A stretch of 64,000 nt of DNA, from positions 128,001 to 192,000 of the forward strand of contig CAWJGT010000003.1 in NCBI GenBank assembly GCA_963842525.1, read 5' to 3'. The DNA is from an uncultured Holophagales bacterium (GTDB lineage: Bacteria; Acidobacteriota; Thermoanaerobaculia; Multivoradales; UBA5704). Positions 1-9,761 of this stretch are shown in pieces. The notes under the pieces were generated by a model that was given only the letters and a program-made list of their open reading frames with translations, made no database searches and was not told where the DNA came from. The position numbers and the translations under genes were made by a program. The stretch's first letter is position 1; each line of letters begins with the position of its first letter.

Positions 1-1686
1 GGAGCAACGAGAACACCCGGCTCATGCTCGACGTGCAGGCACGGTTCAGTCCCGAGACCTCCGGCGTGTTCGGGGTCGAGGGGCTCGACGAGATGGTGGT
101 GGGCCTGCCGCTCGACCGCCCCGCCCAGGAGGCGCAGGCCTGGGAGACGGCGGTGGCCGAGCTCGAACGGAGGCTCGCGGTCGAACGGGATCCGGCGGTG
201 CGCCTGGACCTCGAAATCCTGATCGATGCCGGGAAGCGGTACGTCCAGGACCTGCGTCTCGAACGGAAATACTTTCTCCCTGTCTTCAACCTGCCGCAGA
301 TGGTCTTCCAGGGGCTTCGCGCCCTGCTCGAAGACCGGGTGCCGAAGGAGCGCCATCCGGCCGCGCTGGTGCGCCTGCGCAAGTACGCCGGGGTCGAGCC
401 GGGCACCACGTCGCTCGCCGCCCAGGCGACCGCCTTGCTGCGCGACCGGCTCGATGATCTCGACGATCCCGGGCTGCTCCCGCCGTTCCGCGACGACCTT
501 GAGCGGCAGCTCAACAACTCGTCCCGCTTCGTGACAGGGACCGCCGATCTGTTCCGGCAATACGGTTTGACCGGCTGGGAGGAGCCCTACGCGAAGCTGA
601 AGGACCAGCTCGACGCCTATGACGCGTTCCTCCGCGCCGAGGTGCTGCCGCGGGCCCGCCAGGACTTCCGGCTGCCCGAGGAGGTCTACCGTTTTCGCCT
701 CCGCCAGCGCGGCATCGACATGAGCCTCGAAGATCTCGTGAGCCGGGCGAAGACCAGCTTCCGGGAGATCCAGAACGAGATGCAGACCGTGGCCGCGCTG
801 GTCGCGAAGGAGCGCAATCTTCCTTCTTCTGACTACCGCGACGTCATCCGTGCCTTGAAGCGCGAGCAGCTCGTCGGCGAAGCGATCGTCCCGCACTACC
901 AGGCGCGTATCGCCGACCTCGAACGGCTGATCCGCGAAAACAAGGTGGTGACGCTGCCGCAGCGGTCGATGCGTATTCGTCTCGCCAGCGCGGCCGAGAG
1001 CGCCGCCGTTCCCATGCCGAACGTGCCGCCCGTGCGCCTCCTCGGCAACACCGGCGAGACCCCCGAGCTCGTCCTGCCTCTGCGCATCCCCGGTGAAGCG
1101 GGCGAGGGACAGGTCGGCTTCGACGACTTCACGTTCGAAGCCGCCTCGTGGACGCTGACCGCCCACGAAGGGCGTCCCGGGCACGAGCTGCAGTTCAGCT
1201 CGGTCATCGAAAAAGGGGTGTCGATCGCGCGGGTCATGTACGCCTTCAACAGCGTCAACGTCGAGGGGTGGGCGCTCTACGCCGAGGCGGAGATGAAGCC
1301 GCTGCTGCCGCTCGACGGCCAGCTCATCGCTCTCCAGCACCGCCTGCTGCGCGCCGCTCGCGCCTTCCTCGATCCCGGGCCTGCAGACCGGCGCCATCTC
1401 GCGCGAGGAGGCGTTCCGCGTCCTCGAAGAGGAGGGTGCCTTCTCCCATGCCATGGCCCTCCAGGAGGTCGAGCGCTACACCTTCCGCACTCCGGGTCAG
1501 GCGCCCTCCTATTTCGTCGGCTATTGCCGTCTCCTGGAGCTGCGGACCGATGTCGAGCGGTTGCTCGGCGACCGCTTCGACCGCCAGACCTATCACGATT
1601 TCGTCCTCGCCCAGGGATTGCTCAGCCCGGCGCTGCTGCGCAAGGTGGTGATGGAGCAGTTCGTGCCGGCGCAACGGCCCAGATGA
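1..1686 (+). CDS. DUF885 family protein, 5' partial, apparent +1 frameshift at ~1378-1381
   Basis: Frame is open from the window edge. Motifs TAHEGRPGHELQ and NVEGWALYAE. After AFLDPG the reading continues one base shifted as LQTGAISREEA...EVERY...PGQAPSYFVGY (ORF 1453..1686). Confidence 0.8.
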
Positions 1687-1749
1687 CGAATGGATATAGG
1701 ACCTCGTGACCTCGCAATGTTAAGCTGAAGGTCATCGAAGGGAGCTCTT

Positions 1750-3213
1750 ATGGCGGGAGAGGAAAGAGCGAACAGGCCCAAGCGGTGCTTCGTTGTCATG
1801 GGCTTCGGGCTCAAGACCGACTACGTCACGGGGCGGAAGCTCGACCTTGACAAATCGTACCGGCTGCTGATCAAGCCCGTTGTGGAGGAGAACGGCCTCG
1901 CCTGCGTCCGGGCCGACGAGATCCGCCATTCCGGGAGCATCGATGTGCCCATGTATCAGGAGCTCTTGACGGCCGACCTTGTCATCGCCGACCTCTCGAC
2001 GGCAAACCCAAATGCTCTCTATGAGCTGGGAGTCCGGCACGCGTTACGGCCAGAGACGACGATCGTGATCTCCGAGAGCAAGTTCCCCTATCCTTTCGAC
2101 CTGAACCACATTTCGATCACCAGCTATACTCATCTGGGCGAGGCCATCGATTACGACGAGGTCACGCGATTCCGCCATGTGTTGGGCGAGACGATCCAGG
2201 CCGTCCTCAAAGAACCGAAGACGGACAGTCCGGTCTACACGTTCCTGAGCCAACTCACGCCTCCCTCGCTCGGCGGGCCTGCCGCCCAGGCGATGGCGCA
2301 AGCCGAAGAGGCCCTGGAGCAGGCGGGTAAGGCCGTGGCTGCGGTGGCGGACAGTATCCAGCCTCCCGAGCCCGGCCCCGAGGACAGGACGCTGGCCATG
2401 CTCATCGCGGAGGGAGAACAGGCGATCCGCGCGGACCGCTTCTCCGACGCGAAGACCCTGTTCGATCGCGCCCGGAGGCGCTCCATGGACAGGCCCGACA
2501 GCGATCCCCTGCGGCATGATCCCTACCTCATCCAGCGCTCGGTGCTCGCGACCTACAAGGCCCAGCAACCCGACGAGCTCTCGGCTCTGCGCGCGGCGCA
2601 AGATGTGCTTGCTCCGCTCGGCCCCGAGGAATCCAACGATCCGGAGACGGTGGGGCTGGCTGGCTCCATCGCGAAGCGGCTCTTCGAAAGGGGCGAGGGG
2701 GATGAGCATCTCACTCAAGCCATCTGGTATTTCGGGCGGGGCTACTATCTCCGGAACGATAGTTATAACGGGATCAGCCTGGCCTATTTGCTGAACGTCC
2801 GCACCGATACTCCGCTCGACCCGACGAATGAGGACAAAATCGCCGATCTCGTCTGGGCCAATCGCATCCGGCGCGAAATCCTCCCTCTGTGCCACCGGGA
2901 ATTGCAGGAGATCCTCGATCGCGAGGAGCGGACGCAGACGAAACACGACGATCTCGTGAAGGAGCAGAAGGCTCGGGACCGAGAAAAGAAATTCTGGTGC
3001 ATTGCCACAATGGCTGAAGCCCAGCTCGGCCTCGGCGAGCTCGCCAATTTCGAGCGGATGCGATCCCAAGCCCGGAAGCACTTTCCCGCAGACTGGATGG
3101 TGTCTACCTTCGAGGAGCGTATCGAGAGGCTGAGAAGGCTTCTCGAAAAGCACGGTCATCTCCTGAATCCGCCATGGCCCGGAAGCCTGGCCGGCCCTGG
3201 CGGTCCGGGCTGA
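1750..3213 (+). CDS. Nucleoside deoxyribosyltransferase/TIR-like N-terminal domain plus TPR-like domain (DUF4071 / MAP3K TRAFs-binding type)
   Basis: N-terminal CFVVMGFG...RADE...ADLVIADLSTANPNALYELGVRHALRP; helical C-terminus with DPETVGLAGSIAKR and YNGISLAYLL. Confidence 0.75.
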   Translation: MAGEERANRPKRCFVVMGFGLKTDYVTGRKLDLDKSYRLLIKPVVEENGLACVRADEIRHSGSIDVPMYQELLTADLVIADLSTANPNALYELGVRHALRPETTIVISESKFPYPFDLNHISITSYTHLGEAIDYDEVTRFRHVLGETIQAVLKEPKTDSPVYTFLSQLTPPSLGGPAAQAMAQAEEALEQAGKAVAAVADSIQPPEPGPEDRTLAMLIAEGEQAIRADRFSDAKTLFDRARRRSMDRPDSDPLRHDPYLIQRSVLATYKAQQPDELSALRAAQDVLAPLGPEESNDPETVGLAGSIAKRLFERGEGDEHLTQAIWYFGRGYYLRNDSYNGISLAYLLNVRTDTPLDPTNEDKIADLVWANRIRREILPLCHRELQEILDREERTQTKHDDLVKEQKARDREKKFWCIATMAEAQLGLGELANFERMRSQARKHFPADWMVSTFEERIERLRRLLEKHGHLLNPPWPGSLAGPGGPG

Positions 3214-3274
3214 GTAGCCCGTCAGACTCTCCTTCTCGCCCCGACCTGCTGGTCGGACCGCCGGAGAACATGAA

Positions 3275-3827
3275 ATGCGAACGACACTCCCTGCTGCAGT
3301 GATCTGCCTTCTGGTCGCCAGCAGGCGGCGACCTTGGCATCGATCCCCAGCGCGTGGCCGGCTACGGGACTTCCGCCGGCGGTCATCTAGTGGCCAGCGC
3401 AGTCACCGTAAGTTGCCCGCCAGCAGGCACCGAAACGGCACGTGCCGAGCCGGACCTGCTCCTGTTGTGGTCGCCTGCGCTCGACATGGCGCGGGACGGA
3501 TGGTTTGAGAAGAAGCTGCAGGGCCGGGCTCCGGTGAACGACTACTCGCCCGCAGACCACGTCAGCGCGACGACACCGCCGACGAGCATCGTCCACGGCG
3601 CCGAGGATACGCTGACGCCGCTCGCGGGCGCCCGACGTTACTGCGATCGATTGGTCGCGGCCGGAAAAGCCTGCGAGCTGAACGTGTACAAGGGCGTCGG
3701 GCACCTCCTGACGAGGAACCTGGCGAACCAGGAGAGCGACTACGATCCCGACCCCGAAGCACGCGCCGACGGCATCGCGCAACATGCGAGCTTCCTTCGG
3801 AAGATGGGCTTCATTCCATCTGGGTAG
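3275..3827 (+). pseudogene. Alpha/beta hydrolase (esterase/lipase) with internal deletion
   Basis: Signal-peptide-like start MRTTLPAAVICLLVAS joins out of frame to GIDPQRVAGYGTSAGGH (GxSxG), then HGAEDTL and GVGH. The N-terminal catalytic half is missing. Confidence 0.7.
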
Positions 3828-3903
3828 GCTCCCCGGAGCACACAGATCCTTGCAACCGGTCCCACCCACCTGAGGCGGCCGTCCGCCCCACGAAGGTCTC
3901 CGC

Positions 3904-3928
3904 TGGGAGCGCCGGCATCCTTGCCGGC
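3904..3928. repeat. REP-like palindrome GGGAGCGCCGGC-N5/7-GCCGGC (second copy 47389-47413)
   Basis: Two near-identical intergenic hairpins downstream of genes. Confidence 0.55.
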
Positions 3929-4004
3929 GATCCCTGCAAATCTAAACCCCAAGCCCCAGCGGTGCGTTGGCCTTCCTCCATGCCCTGGGCCGTTCCCACC
4001 GCCC

Positions 4005-4277
4005 ATGGCCCTCAGAGTCCGGCAGATGGCCCTCAAGGGCCGGCAGGATGCCCTTGAGAGCAGCCGCATCGCCCTCAGGGGCGAGCACGTTGCTCCTAGT
4101 GGCGAGCTCATGGCCCCCAAGGGCGAGTGCGTTGCCATCAGGGGCCGGAGCATGGCCCTCAAGAGCCGGCGCGCTGCTCTCAAGGGCGAGCTCATGGCCT
4201 CCAAGGGCGAGCGCGTTGCCCTCAGGGGCGAGCCGATGGCCCCCAGGGGCGAGCACGTCGCCCTCAAGGGCCAGTTC
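4005..4277. repeat. Tandem array, 13 x 21 bp, palindromic core GCCCTCAAGGGC
   Basis: Units counted directly, e.g. ATGGCCCTCAAGGGCCGGCAG and ATGGCCCCCAAGGGCGAGTGC. Confidence 0.9.
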
Positions 4278-4320
4278 CCCCAGGATAGGTGCCGGCCACT
4301 TAGTTTGGGAGGCATCTCGT

Positions 4321-4447
4321 GCGTTGACTCTCCTAAAGCAGGGGTGTATGCTCTTCTAAGTTGAGGGGCGACAAGACGTTAGCGCCGGAGGAGCGAAGAT
4401 CGGCGAGGTGCTTAGCCGGCGCGTAGAAGCCCTAAGAAAGTCGCTCA
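4321..4447 (+). promoter_or_regulatory. Sigma70-type promoter plus attI-like module, copy A
   Basis: TTGACT(4324)-17 bp-TATGCT(4347), AAGTTGAGG, GTTAGCG(4378), CTTAGCCGGCGCGTAGAAGCCCT. Homologous to 55158-55283 on the minus strand. Confidence 0.6.
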
Positions 4448-4588
4448 CGCAGACGGTTGAACTAAACCGCTACGCGGTAGTGCCCTCCGAGCCGAATTTC
4501 GCTTTTTTTAGCCGATTTCTTCTCCAAGACGACAAACGTTTCTGAGCGGTCTACCTTTCGGGCTGTACTTTCCCGAAAGGAGGACCCC

Positions 4589-4810
4589 ATGACAGAGATG
4601 CGTCACGGATGGAAGAGGAGTTGAAGCTGCGGGGCTACAGCCCGCGCACACATGAGGCGTACATCCACTGGGAACGCCAGTTTGCCGCGCACTATCGTCG
4701 GCCGCCCGAGCAGATGGGAGCTGAAGAGGTTCGCGCCTACCTGGTCGATCTTCTCGAAAATCGTAAGCTGGCGCGGTCGTCGTTGGTTCAGGCCTTGTGC
4801 GCTTTTCGTG
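4589..4810 (+). pseudogene. N-terminal SAM-like fragment of a tyrosine recombinase (integron or IS91-associated type)
   Basis: AGGAGG RBS then MTEMR.RMEEELKLRGYSPRTHEAYIHW...RRPPEQMGAEEVRAYL...SSLVQALCAFR. Frameshift near 4605; homology stops at ~4810 with no catalytic domain. Confidence 0.75.
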
Positions 4811-4987
4811 CGAGCCGGCGTACTGTTGGTCGCTCTTTGTACTCTGGGCTTGGTCGCCGGCATCTGTGGCATCCTGTTCAATCTTCGCCCGTTGCGCGCT
4901 GCCCTTACGATTCCTCTGATCGGGACCGCTGCCAACGCAATCCTTTTGTGGTACTACGCACCGCCATTCCTGGGACTCGCCTTCTAG
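4811..4987 (+). pseudogene. C-terminal fragment of a membrane protein
   Basis: Two hydrophobic helices (GVLLVALCTLGLVAGICGILF; LTIPLIGTAANAILLWYY) in lower-GC DNA fused to the integrase fragment. Confidence 0.4.
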
Positions 4988-5031
4988 TCGAGGGGATATT
5001 GAACTCTGGTGAAGTAGCGGCGGCGAAGCTG

Positions 5032-5139
5032 CTGCCGCCCCTACCGGGGCTTGGAAATAATTTTGTCTCTATTTACCCGGGGTCGCCGCTCCTTCGTCGC
5101 TCTGACCCCGGGCTACACGCCGTGAGCCCCTCCGGGGCC
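5032..5139. repeat. Palindromic interspersed element, family 2 (second copy 30655-30761)
   Basis: GCCCCTACCGGGGC...CCCGGGGTC...GACCCCGGG...GCCCCTCCGGGGC; same layout at 30655. Confidence 0.65.
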
Positions 5140-5211
5140 TTTTCTGTTGGAGCCTATTTGGCAGGCGGAGAGACTTGGTACACTTCGACGGACTTTCGAG
5201 GACAACAGATC

Positions 5212-6111
5212 ATGACGGCTCCTGAGACTCTCGACAACCTGTTTCGCGTGGCCGTATCGGCGATGGACGCCGGTGATTTGGCCACGCTGCAACGCCTGCT
5301 GGGCGAGCATCCAAGGCTGGTGTGTGACCGCATCGACTCTCCCGGCGACTGGTTGCGCGACACGGTGGGCGACGCGCTCGACGGATTCTTCCAGCGGCCC
5401 TATCTGCTTTGGTTCGTGGCGGAAGATCCGGTCCGCAATGGCAAGCTGCCTGGGAACATCGCGGAGGTGGCTCGCGCGATCATTCAGGCGGCAGAGCGCC
5501 AGGGCGTGGACAGCTTGCAGGAACAGCTCGATTATGCCCTTCGACTGGTGGCCTGGTCATGGATCGCACGGGATTGCAGTGTGCAGACAGTGCTCATCGA
5601 TGTGCTGATCGATGCCGGTGCTTCGCCGGGTGACACGATTACGCATGACGCTCTCATCAACGGCAACTTCGCCGCGGCCGAACGTCTCGTTGAGCGCGGC
5701 GCGAATCTGACGTTGGCGACTGCCCTTTGTCTGGAACGTTGGGACGACGTGGCGCGTCTCGGGCCGACGGCAAGCGGCAGGGACAAGCAGGTGGCGCTGG
5801 TCCTCGCCGCTCTCAACGGCAAGGCAGAGGCGCTCGCGAGGCTGCTCGACCTCGGCATCGACCTGAATGCCTACAGCACCGACATCTACACGCATGCGAC
5901 GGCCCTTCATCACGCCGTGTCTTCGGGCTCGCTGGATGCGGTGAAGGTGCTCGTGGAAGCCGGGGCCGAGCTCGGCACCAAAGACCGCGCCTGGGATGGG
6001 ACGCCGTTGGAGTGGGCCGAGCATTACAGTCGCGAAGCGAAGGGAGAGGGCGCAGGGAAACTCTACCCCGAAATCGCCGTATACCTTCGTGAAAATGCTG
6101 GAGGTGCGTGA
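5212..6111 (+). CDS. Ankyrin-repeat protein
   Basis: ATG 5212 after GAGGA; motifs TALHHAVSSGSLDAVKVLVEAGA and GTPLEWA. The 4609-6111 ORF is an in-frame read-through chimera. Confidence 0.85.
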   Translation: MTAPETLDNLFRVAVSAMDAGDLATLQRLLGEHPRLVCDRIDSPGDWLRDTVGDALDGFFQRPYLLWFVAEDPVRNGKLPGNIAEVARAIIQAAERQGVDSLQEQLDYALRLVAWSWIARDCSVQTVLIDVLIDAGASPGDTITHDALINGNFAAAERLVERGANLTLATALCLERWDDVARLGPTASGRDKQVALVLAALNGKAEALARLLDLGIDLNAYSTDIYTHATALHHAVSSGSLDAVKVLVEAGAELGTKDRAWDGTPLEWAEHYSREAKGEGAGKLYPEIAVYLRENAGGA

Positions 6112-6251
6112 GGCGAAGGCGGACCAGCGGTGGGCTCGAAAGGGTAGGGAAGACCTGGCTCCGGGGGGATCGGAGAGGGGAACCACGACGCCCGTGCCCT
6201 TTGGGGCAGCGAGCACGGGCGGTTGTCAAATCCGGCGTGGTCTTTACCGAT

Positions 6252-6536
6252 TTACAACATGTCGCGATGGTCCCGAGGACCTCCAGCCCCTCCGGTGCGG
6301 GGTCGAGCCTCGTTGACATTGAGCTTCCGGCCCATCATGTCCCGCCCGTTCAAGCCGTTGATCGCCGCTTCGGCTTCCGAGTGCTCGGGCATTTCGAGGA
6401 AGCCGAAACCCTTGGACTGCCCCGTCATCTTGTCCTTGATGATGGTGCAGGACACGACCGTGCCGTACTCCTCGAAGGCTTGCTTGAGATCGTCTTCGGT
6501 GAGACGGTAGGGCAGGTTGCCGACATACAGGTTCAT
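6252..6536 (-). CDS. RRM (RNP-1) RNA-binding protein
   Basis: RNP2 LYVGNL; RNP1 KGFGFLEM. Confidence 0.95.
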   Translation of the reverse strand: MNLYVGNLPYRLTEDDLKQAFEEYGTVVSCTIIKDKMTGQSKGFGFLEMPEHSEAEAAINGLNGRDMMGRKLNVNEARPRTGGAGGPRDHRDML

Positions 6537-6678
6537 CGATTCTCTCCTTTGGGGCTTGGGTCTCGGCCCATATATCTTGCAAAAGATCTGCCCGATTTAT
6601 CGATAAACGTGAAATTATCGCGCGGAGGCCTGCGGGAGGGATGCAGGCGGCGGGGGACCGCCCCGCCGCCGTGAGGGC

Positions 6679-8901
6679 TCAGCCCATCGAGGGATAGAGC
6701 TGCCGGTAGCTGTCGGTCAGCACCAGGACGCGCTTGACGTAATCGCGGGACTCGTCGATCCCCAGGTTCTCGACGAAGTCGTCGAGCTCGGCCTCGGGCC
6801 CGGCCTCCTTCCACAGCCGCTGGATGCGGTTCGGCCCGCCGTTGTAGCCGGCGACCGCGAGCTCGACGTTGCCGTCGAACATGTTGAGGAGCTGCCGGAG
6901 ATAGGCCGTGCCCAGCTCGATGCTGAACTCCGGGTCGTAGAGCCCGTCGGACGGATAGCGGCGGTCGAGCCGGCGCGCCGTCTCACTCGCCGTGGCCGGC
7001 ATGAGCTGCATGAGCCCGCGGGCGCCGACCGGGCTGGTGGCGCGCGGATCGAAGGCGCTCTCCTGGCGGATGATGCCGGCCACCAGGGGGGCGGGCAGAT
7101 CGTTCTCCCGGGCCTGGGCCAGGATCGTCTCGCCGTATTCCAGGGGATAGTAGGCGCGCAGGACCTCGTCCGGCACGGCCGACTGCCGGGGCCCGCCGAG
7201 GGCGGGGAAGGCCTCGCGCAGCAGGGCGATCGAGGTGCGGCGGCCACCGTCGCGGCCCATGATCAGGGCCTTGAGGGCCAGCAGGTCGCGCGGGTCCGCC
7301 TTCGCCTCCACGAGCTCCATCTCGCGGCCGGCGAGCTTGTCGAGGCCGAGGTCGGTCAAGGCCTTGGCCCGCTGCAGCAGGGGATCGACCAGCCAGGAGC
7401 CGGCGGAGCGTGCCAGCTCGATGTCGGAGGACACCGGCGGCACCCCCAGCCGGGCCATGGCGCGGCGGCGGTAGAAGTCGGTGGTGTCCGAGGAGGCGAC
7501 CAGCCGGCGGTAGGCCTGGCGAGCGCCGTCTTCCCGGCCGAGCTTCTCGAGCGCCCGCGCCTGCCAGTAGAGGCCGCGCTGGGCGTCCGTGTGGCCGGGA
7601 TAGATGTCGGCGAGCTCGGTCCACCAGGTCACGGCCTTCTCGAGGTCCTGGGCGCGGTATTCCTCCCAGCCGCGCTCCCAGAGCTTGCGGGCGCCGGTCG
7701 TGTCGCGCGTGTCGATGCGGCGCAGGATGCGTAGCGCATCCATGGCGGGCTCGAACAGACCGGCCGCCAGGAAGTCCTCGTAGAGCCCGCGCAGCGCGTC
7801 GACCGTCATCTGCGTGGCTCCGAGCTCGGCGGCCTTCGCCAGGTGGCGGTGCGAGGTCACCAGCAGGGCCCGCCGCTCGGCGCCGCCCAGGCGGAGCCCG
7901 GCGCTGGCCGTGGCCATGGCGCGTTCCCACTCCAGGCCGGCCTGCTCCACGGGATCGTGGGCGTCCACCTGATCGAGCACGGTGAGGGCGTCCTGCGCGC
8001 GATCCGCCTCGGTGAGGGCGCGCGCCTTGATGAGGTGCCATTCGAGGTCCCGCTCCGCGGCAGGGACGTGATCCAGGGTGTCCAGAGCGGCGGTGAGGCG
8101 CTCCACGTCGAGGAACGAGCGCGCGCGCTGCATGACCCCGCCGTTCGAGAGCACGTGGTTCCAGTCGATCGAGCCGTCCAGGGCGCGGAAGGTGTCGGCC
8201 ACCTCCAGTGCGCCGGCGGTCATGGGGGCGTCGACCAGCAGGCGGCGGGCCGCCTCGCGGCGCACCTGGTGGTCGTTCAGCTTCTTGCCCAGCTTCCAGG
8301 CGAGGTTTTCGATCTCGACGGCCTCCTCGCCGCCGATCTTCTGCCGCCGCGCCCCGTCGATCAGCTCCAGGGTGCGCCGCTCGTCGCCCGCCTCGTAGGC
8401 GAGCTCGGCGGCCTCCAGGAAGGCCCGGGCGCGCAAGGGCGACGCGGGGTAGTCGGCGATCAGCCGGCCGAGGACGGCGGCCGCCTTCTCGTGGTGCCCG
8501 TTGTCCTGGGCGCTCTCGGCGAGGAGGTAGAGGCGCCAGTCTTCGAACGCGTTGCCGGGGGCCGCGGCCTGCGCCAGGATCTCCTCGGCGAGCGCGAGCT
8601 CGTCCAGCTCGTGGGCGTACAGGCCTTCGAGGATGCGCGCGCGCTCCGCCTCGTCCGGATACCGGCGGGCGACCTCTCCAAGGAGATGGCGCGCCTCTTG
8701 CAAATCATTGTTGCGAAGGGCCTGGGCGGCCGGGGCGTAGCGAGAGGTGAAGGACCAGGGGCTGAAGGCGATGGGTGGGGAGGGTAGCGGTGGCGTTTCC
8801 GCCTGCACCTTGTCCGGGAGGCTCAACTGGATGTAGAGGAAGGCAACGACACAGAGCAGGAGGACAGCGGCAGCAAGACGAAAGCGTGAAAAATTCACCA
8901 C
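6679..8901 (-). CDS. Soluble lytic transglycosylase (SLT domain) with TPR repeats
   Basis: IIRQESAF, GARGLMQLMPATA, AGYNGGP, ESRDYV; N-terminal membrane anchor. Confidence 0.9.
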   Translation of the reverse strand: MVNFSRFRLAAAVLLLCVVAFLYIQLSLPDKVQAETPPLPSPPIAFSPWSFTSRYAPAAQALRNNDLQEARHLLGEVARRYPDEAERARILEGLYAHELDELALAEEILAQAAAPGNAFEDWRLYLLAESAQDNGHHEKAAAVLGRLIADYPASPLRARAFLEAAELAYEAGDERRTLELIDGARRQKIGGEEAVEIENLAWKLGKKLNDHQVRREAARRLLVDAPMTAGALEVADTFRALDGSIDWNHVLSNGGVMQRARSFLDVERLTAALDTLDHVPAAERDLEWHLIKARALTEADRAQDALTVLDQVDAHDPVEQAGLEWERAMATASAGLRLGGAERRALLVTSHRHLAKAAELGATQMTVDALRGLYEDFLAAGLFEPAMDALRILRRIDTRDTTGARKLWERGWEEYRAQDLEKAVTWWTELADIYPGHTDAQRGLYWQARALEKLGREDGARQAYRRLVASSDTTDFYRRRAMARLGVPPVSSDIELARSAGSWLVDPLLQRAKALTDLGLDKLAGREMELVEAKADPRDLLALKALIMGRDGGRRTSIALLREAFPALGGPRQSAVPDEVLRAYYPLEYGETILAQARENDLPAPLVAGIIRQESAFDPRATSPVGARGLMQLMPATASETARRLDRRYPSDGLYDPEFSIELGTAYLRQLLNMFDGNVELAVAGYNGGPNRIQRLWKEAGPEAELDDFVENLGIDESRDYVKRVLVLTDSYRQLYPSMG

Positions 8902-9089
8902 ACCTCCAGTACGTCACGAGTGAGCTCTTACGACGGACGGGTTACCTTCCCCGACTCCGCCGGGTGGGTGCTTACAAAGAGCCCAACACCCATAGCTCTT
9001 CTTCCATTCCCCTTCCGGGAAATTTGTAAAAATTTCTGTCTGTTAGGATGTTGGCCCGGGCTGCTCGGGGTCCCGGGAAGGAGATAGGC

Positions 9090-9629
9090 ATGTCGATCCT
9101 GGATTGGCTGGGGCTGCGCCGCGAGGAGCCGGAGGCGGGCGCCGGCGGCGACACGGAGGGCGACACGGAAACAGTGCGGCGGATCGTGCGCGAGCTGCGG
9201 TCGCTGGAGCCGCCGCGGGCGCGCCATCTGGCCGCCTTCGCCTTCATCCTGGCGCGGGTGGCGCACGCCGACCTGGAGATCAGCGAGGAGGAGATGCGGA
9301 AGATGGAGCGCATCCTGCAGGACGTCGGCAAGCTGCCCGAGGCGCAGGCGGTGCTCGCGGTGGAGATCGCCAAGCGGCAGAGCGAGCTCTCGGGCGGCAC
9401 GGAGAATTTCCTGGTGACCCGCGAGCTCCGGGAGGTGGCCACGCGGGAGGAGTGCCGGGAGCTGCTCGACTGCCTCTTCGCCGTCTCGGCAGCCGACGAC
9501 TCGATCTCGAGCGCCGAGGAGTCGCAGATCCGCCAGATCGCCAGCGAGCTCGGCTTCAGCCTCGAAGAGTACGTGGAGATCCGCTCCGCCTGGAACGACA
9601 AGCGCGCGGTGCTCAAGGGGCTGCGGTAG
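9090..9629 (+). CDS. TerB family protein
   Basis: RVAHADLEISEEE and AVSAADDSISSAEESQIRQIASELG; AAGGAG RBS before ATG 9090. Confidence 0.8.
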   Translation: MSILDWLGLRREEPEAGAGGDTEGDTETVRRIVRELRSLEPPRARHLAAFAFILARVAHADLEISEEEMRKMERILQDVGKLPEAQAVLAVEIAKRQSELSGGTENFLVTRELREVATREECRELLDCLFAVSAADDSISSAEESQIRQIASELGFSLEEYVEIRSAWNDKRAVLKGLR

Positions 9630-9631
9630 CG

Positions 9632-9675
9632 CCCTCTCCCCCTGGCCCCTCTCCCGCGAGAGCGGGAGAGGGGGA
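9632..9675. repeat. Short PSP-type palindromic element (family 1)
   Basis: CCCCTCTCCCGC-GAGA-GCGGGAGAGGGG hairpin. Confidence 0.65.
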
Positions 9676-9761
9676 ATGCGTCTGCCGACATCCTTGCGCC
9701 CCTGCCTCGTCGTCTGCGACAATGCCGCCGTTTCCTCAGCCGATGCCGAAGGGGAGGTGCG

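Noticed and set aside
4609-6111. 500-aa integrase-ankyrin fusion protein
   Set aside because: Chance read-through across an integrase stub, a foreign fragment and a palindromic repeat; the ankyrin gene has its own RBS and ATG at 5212.
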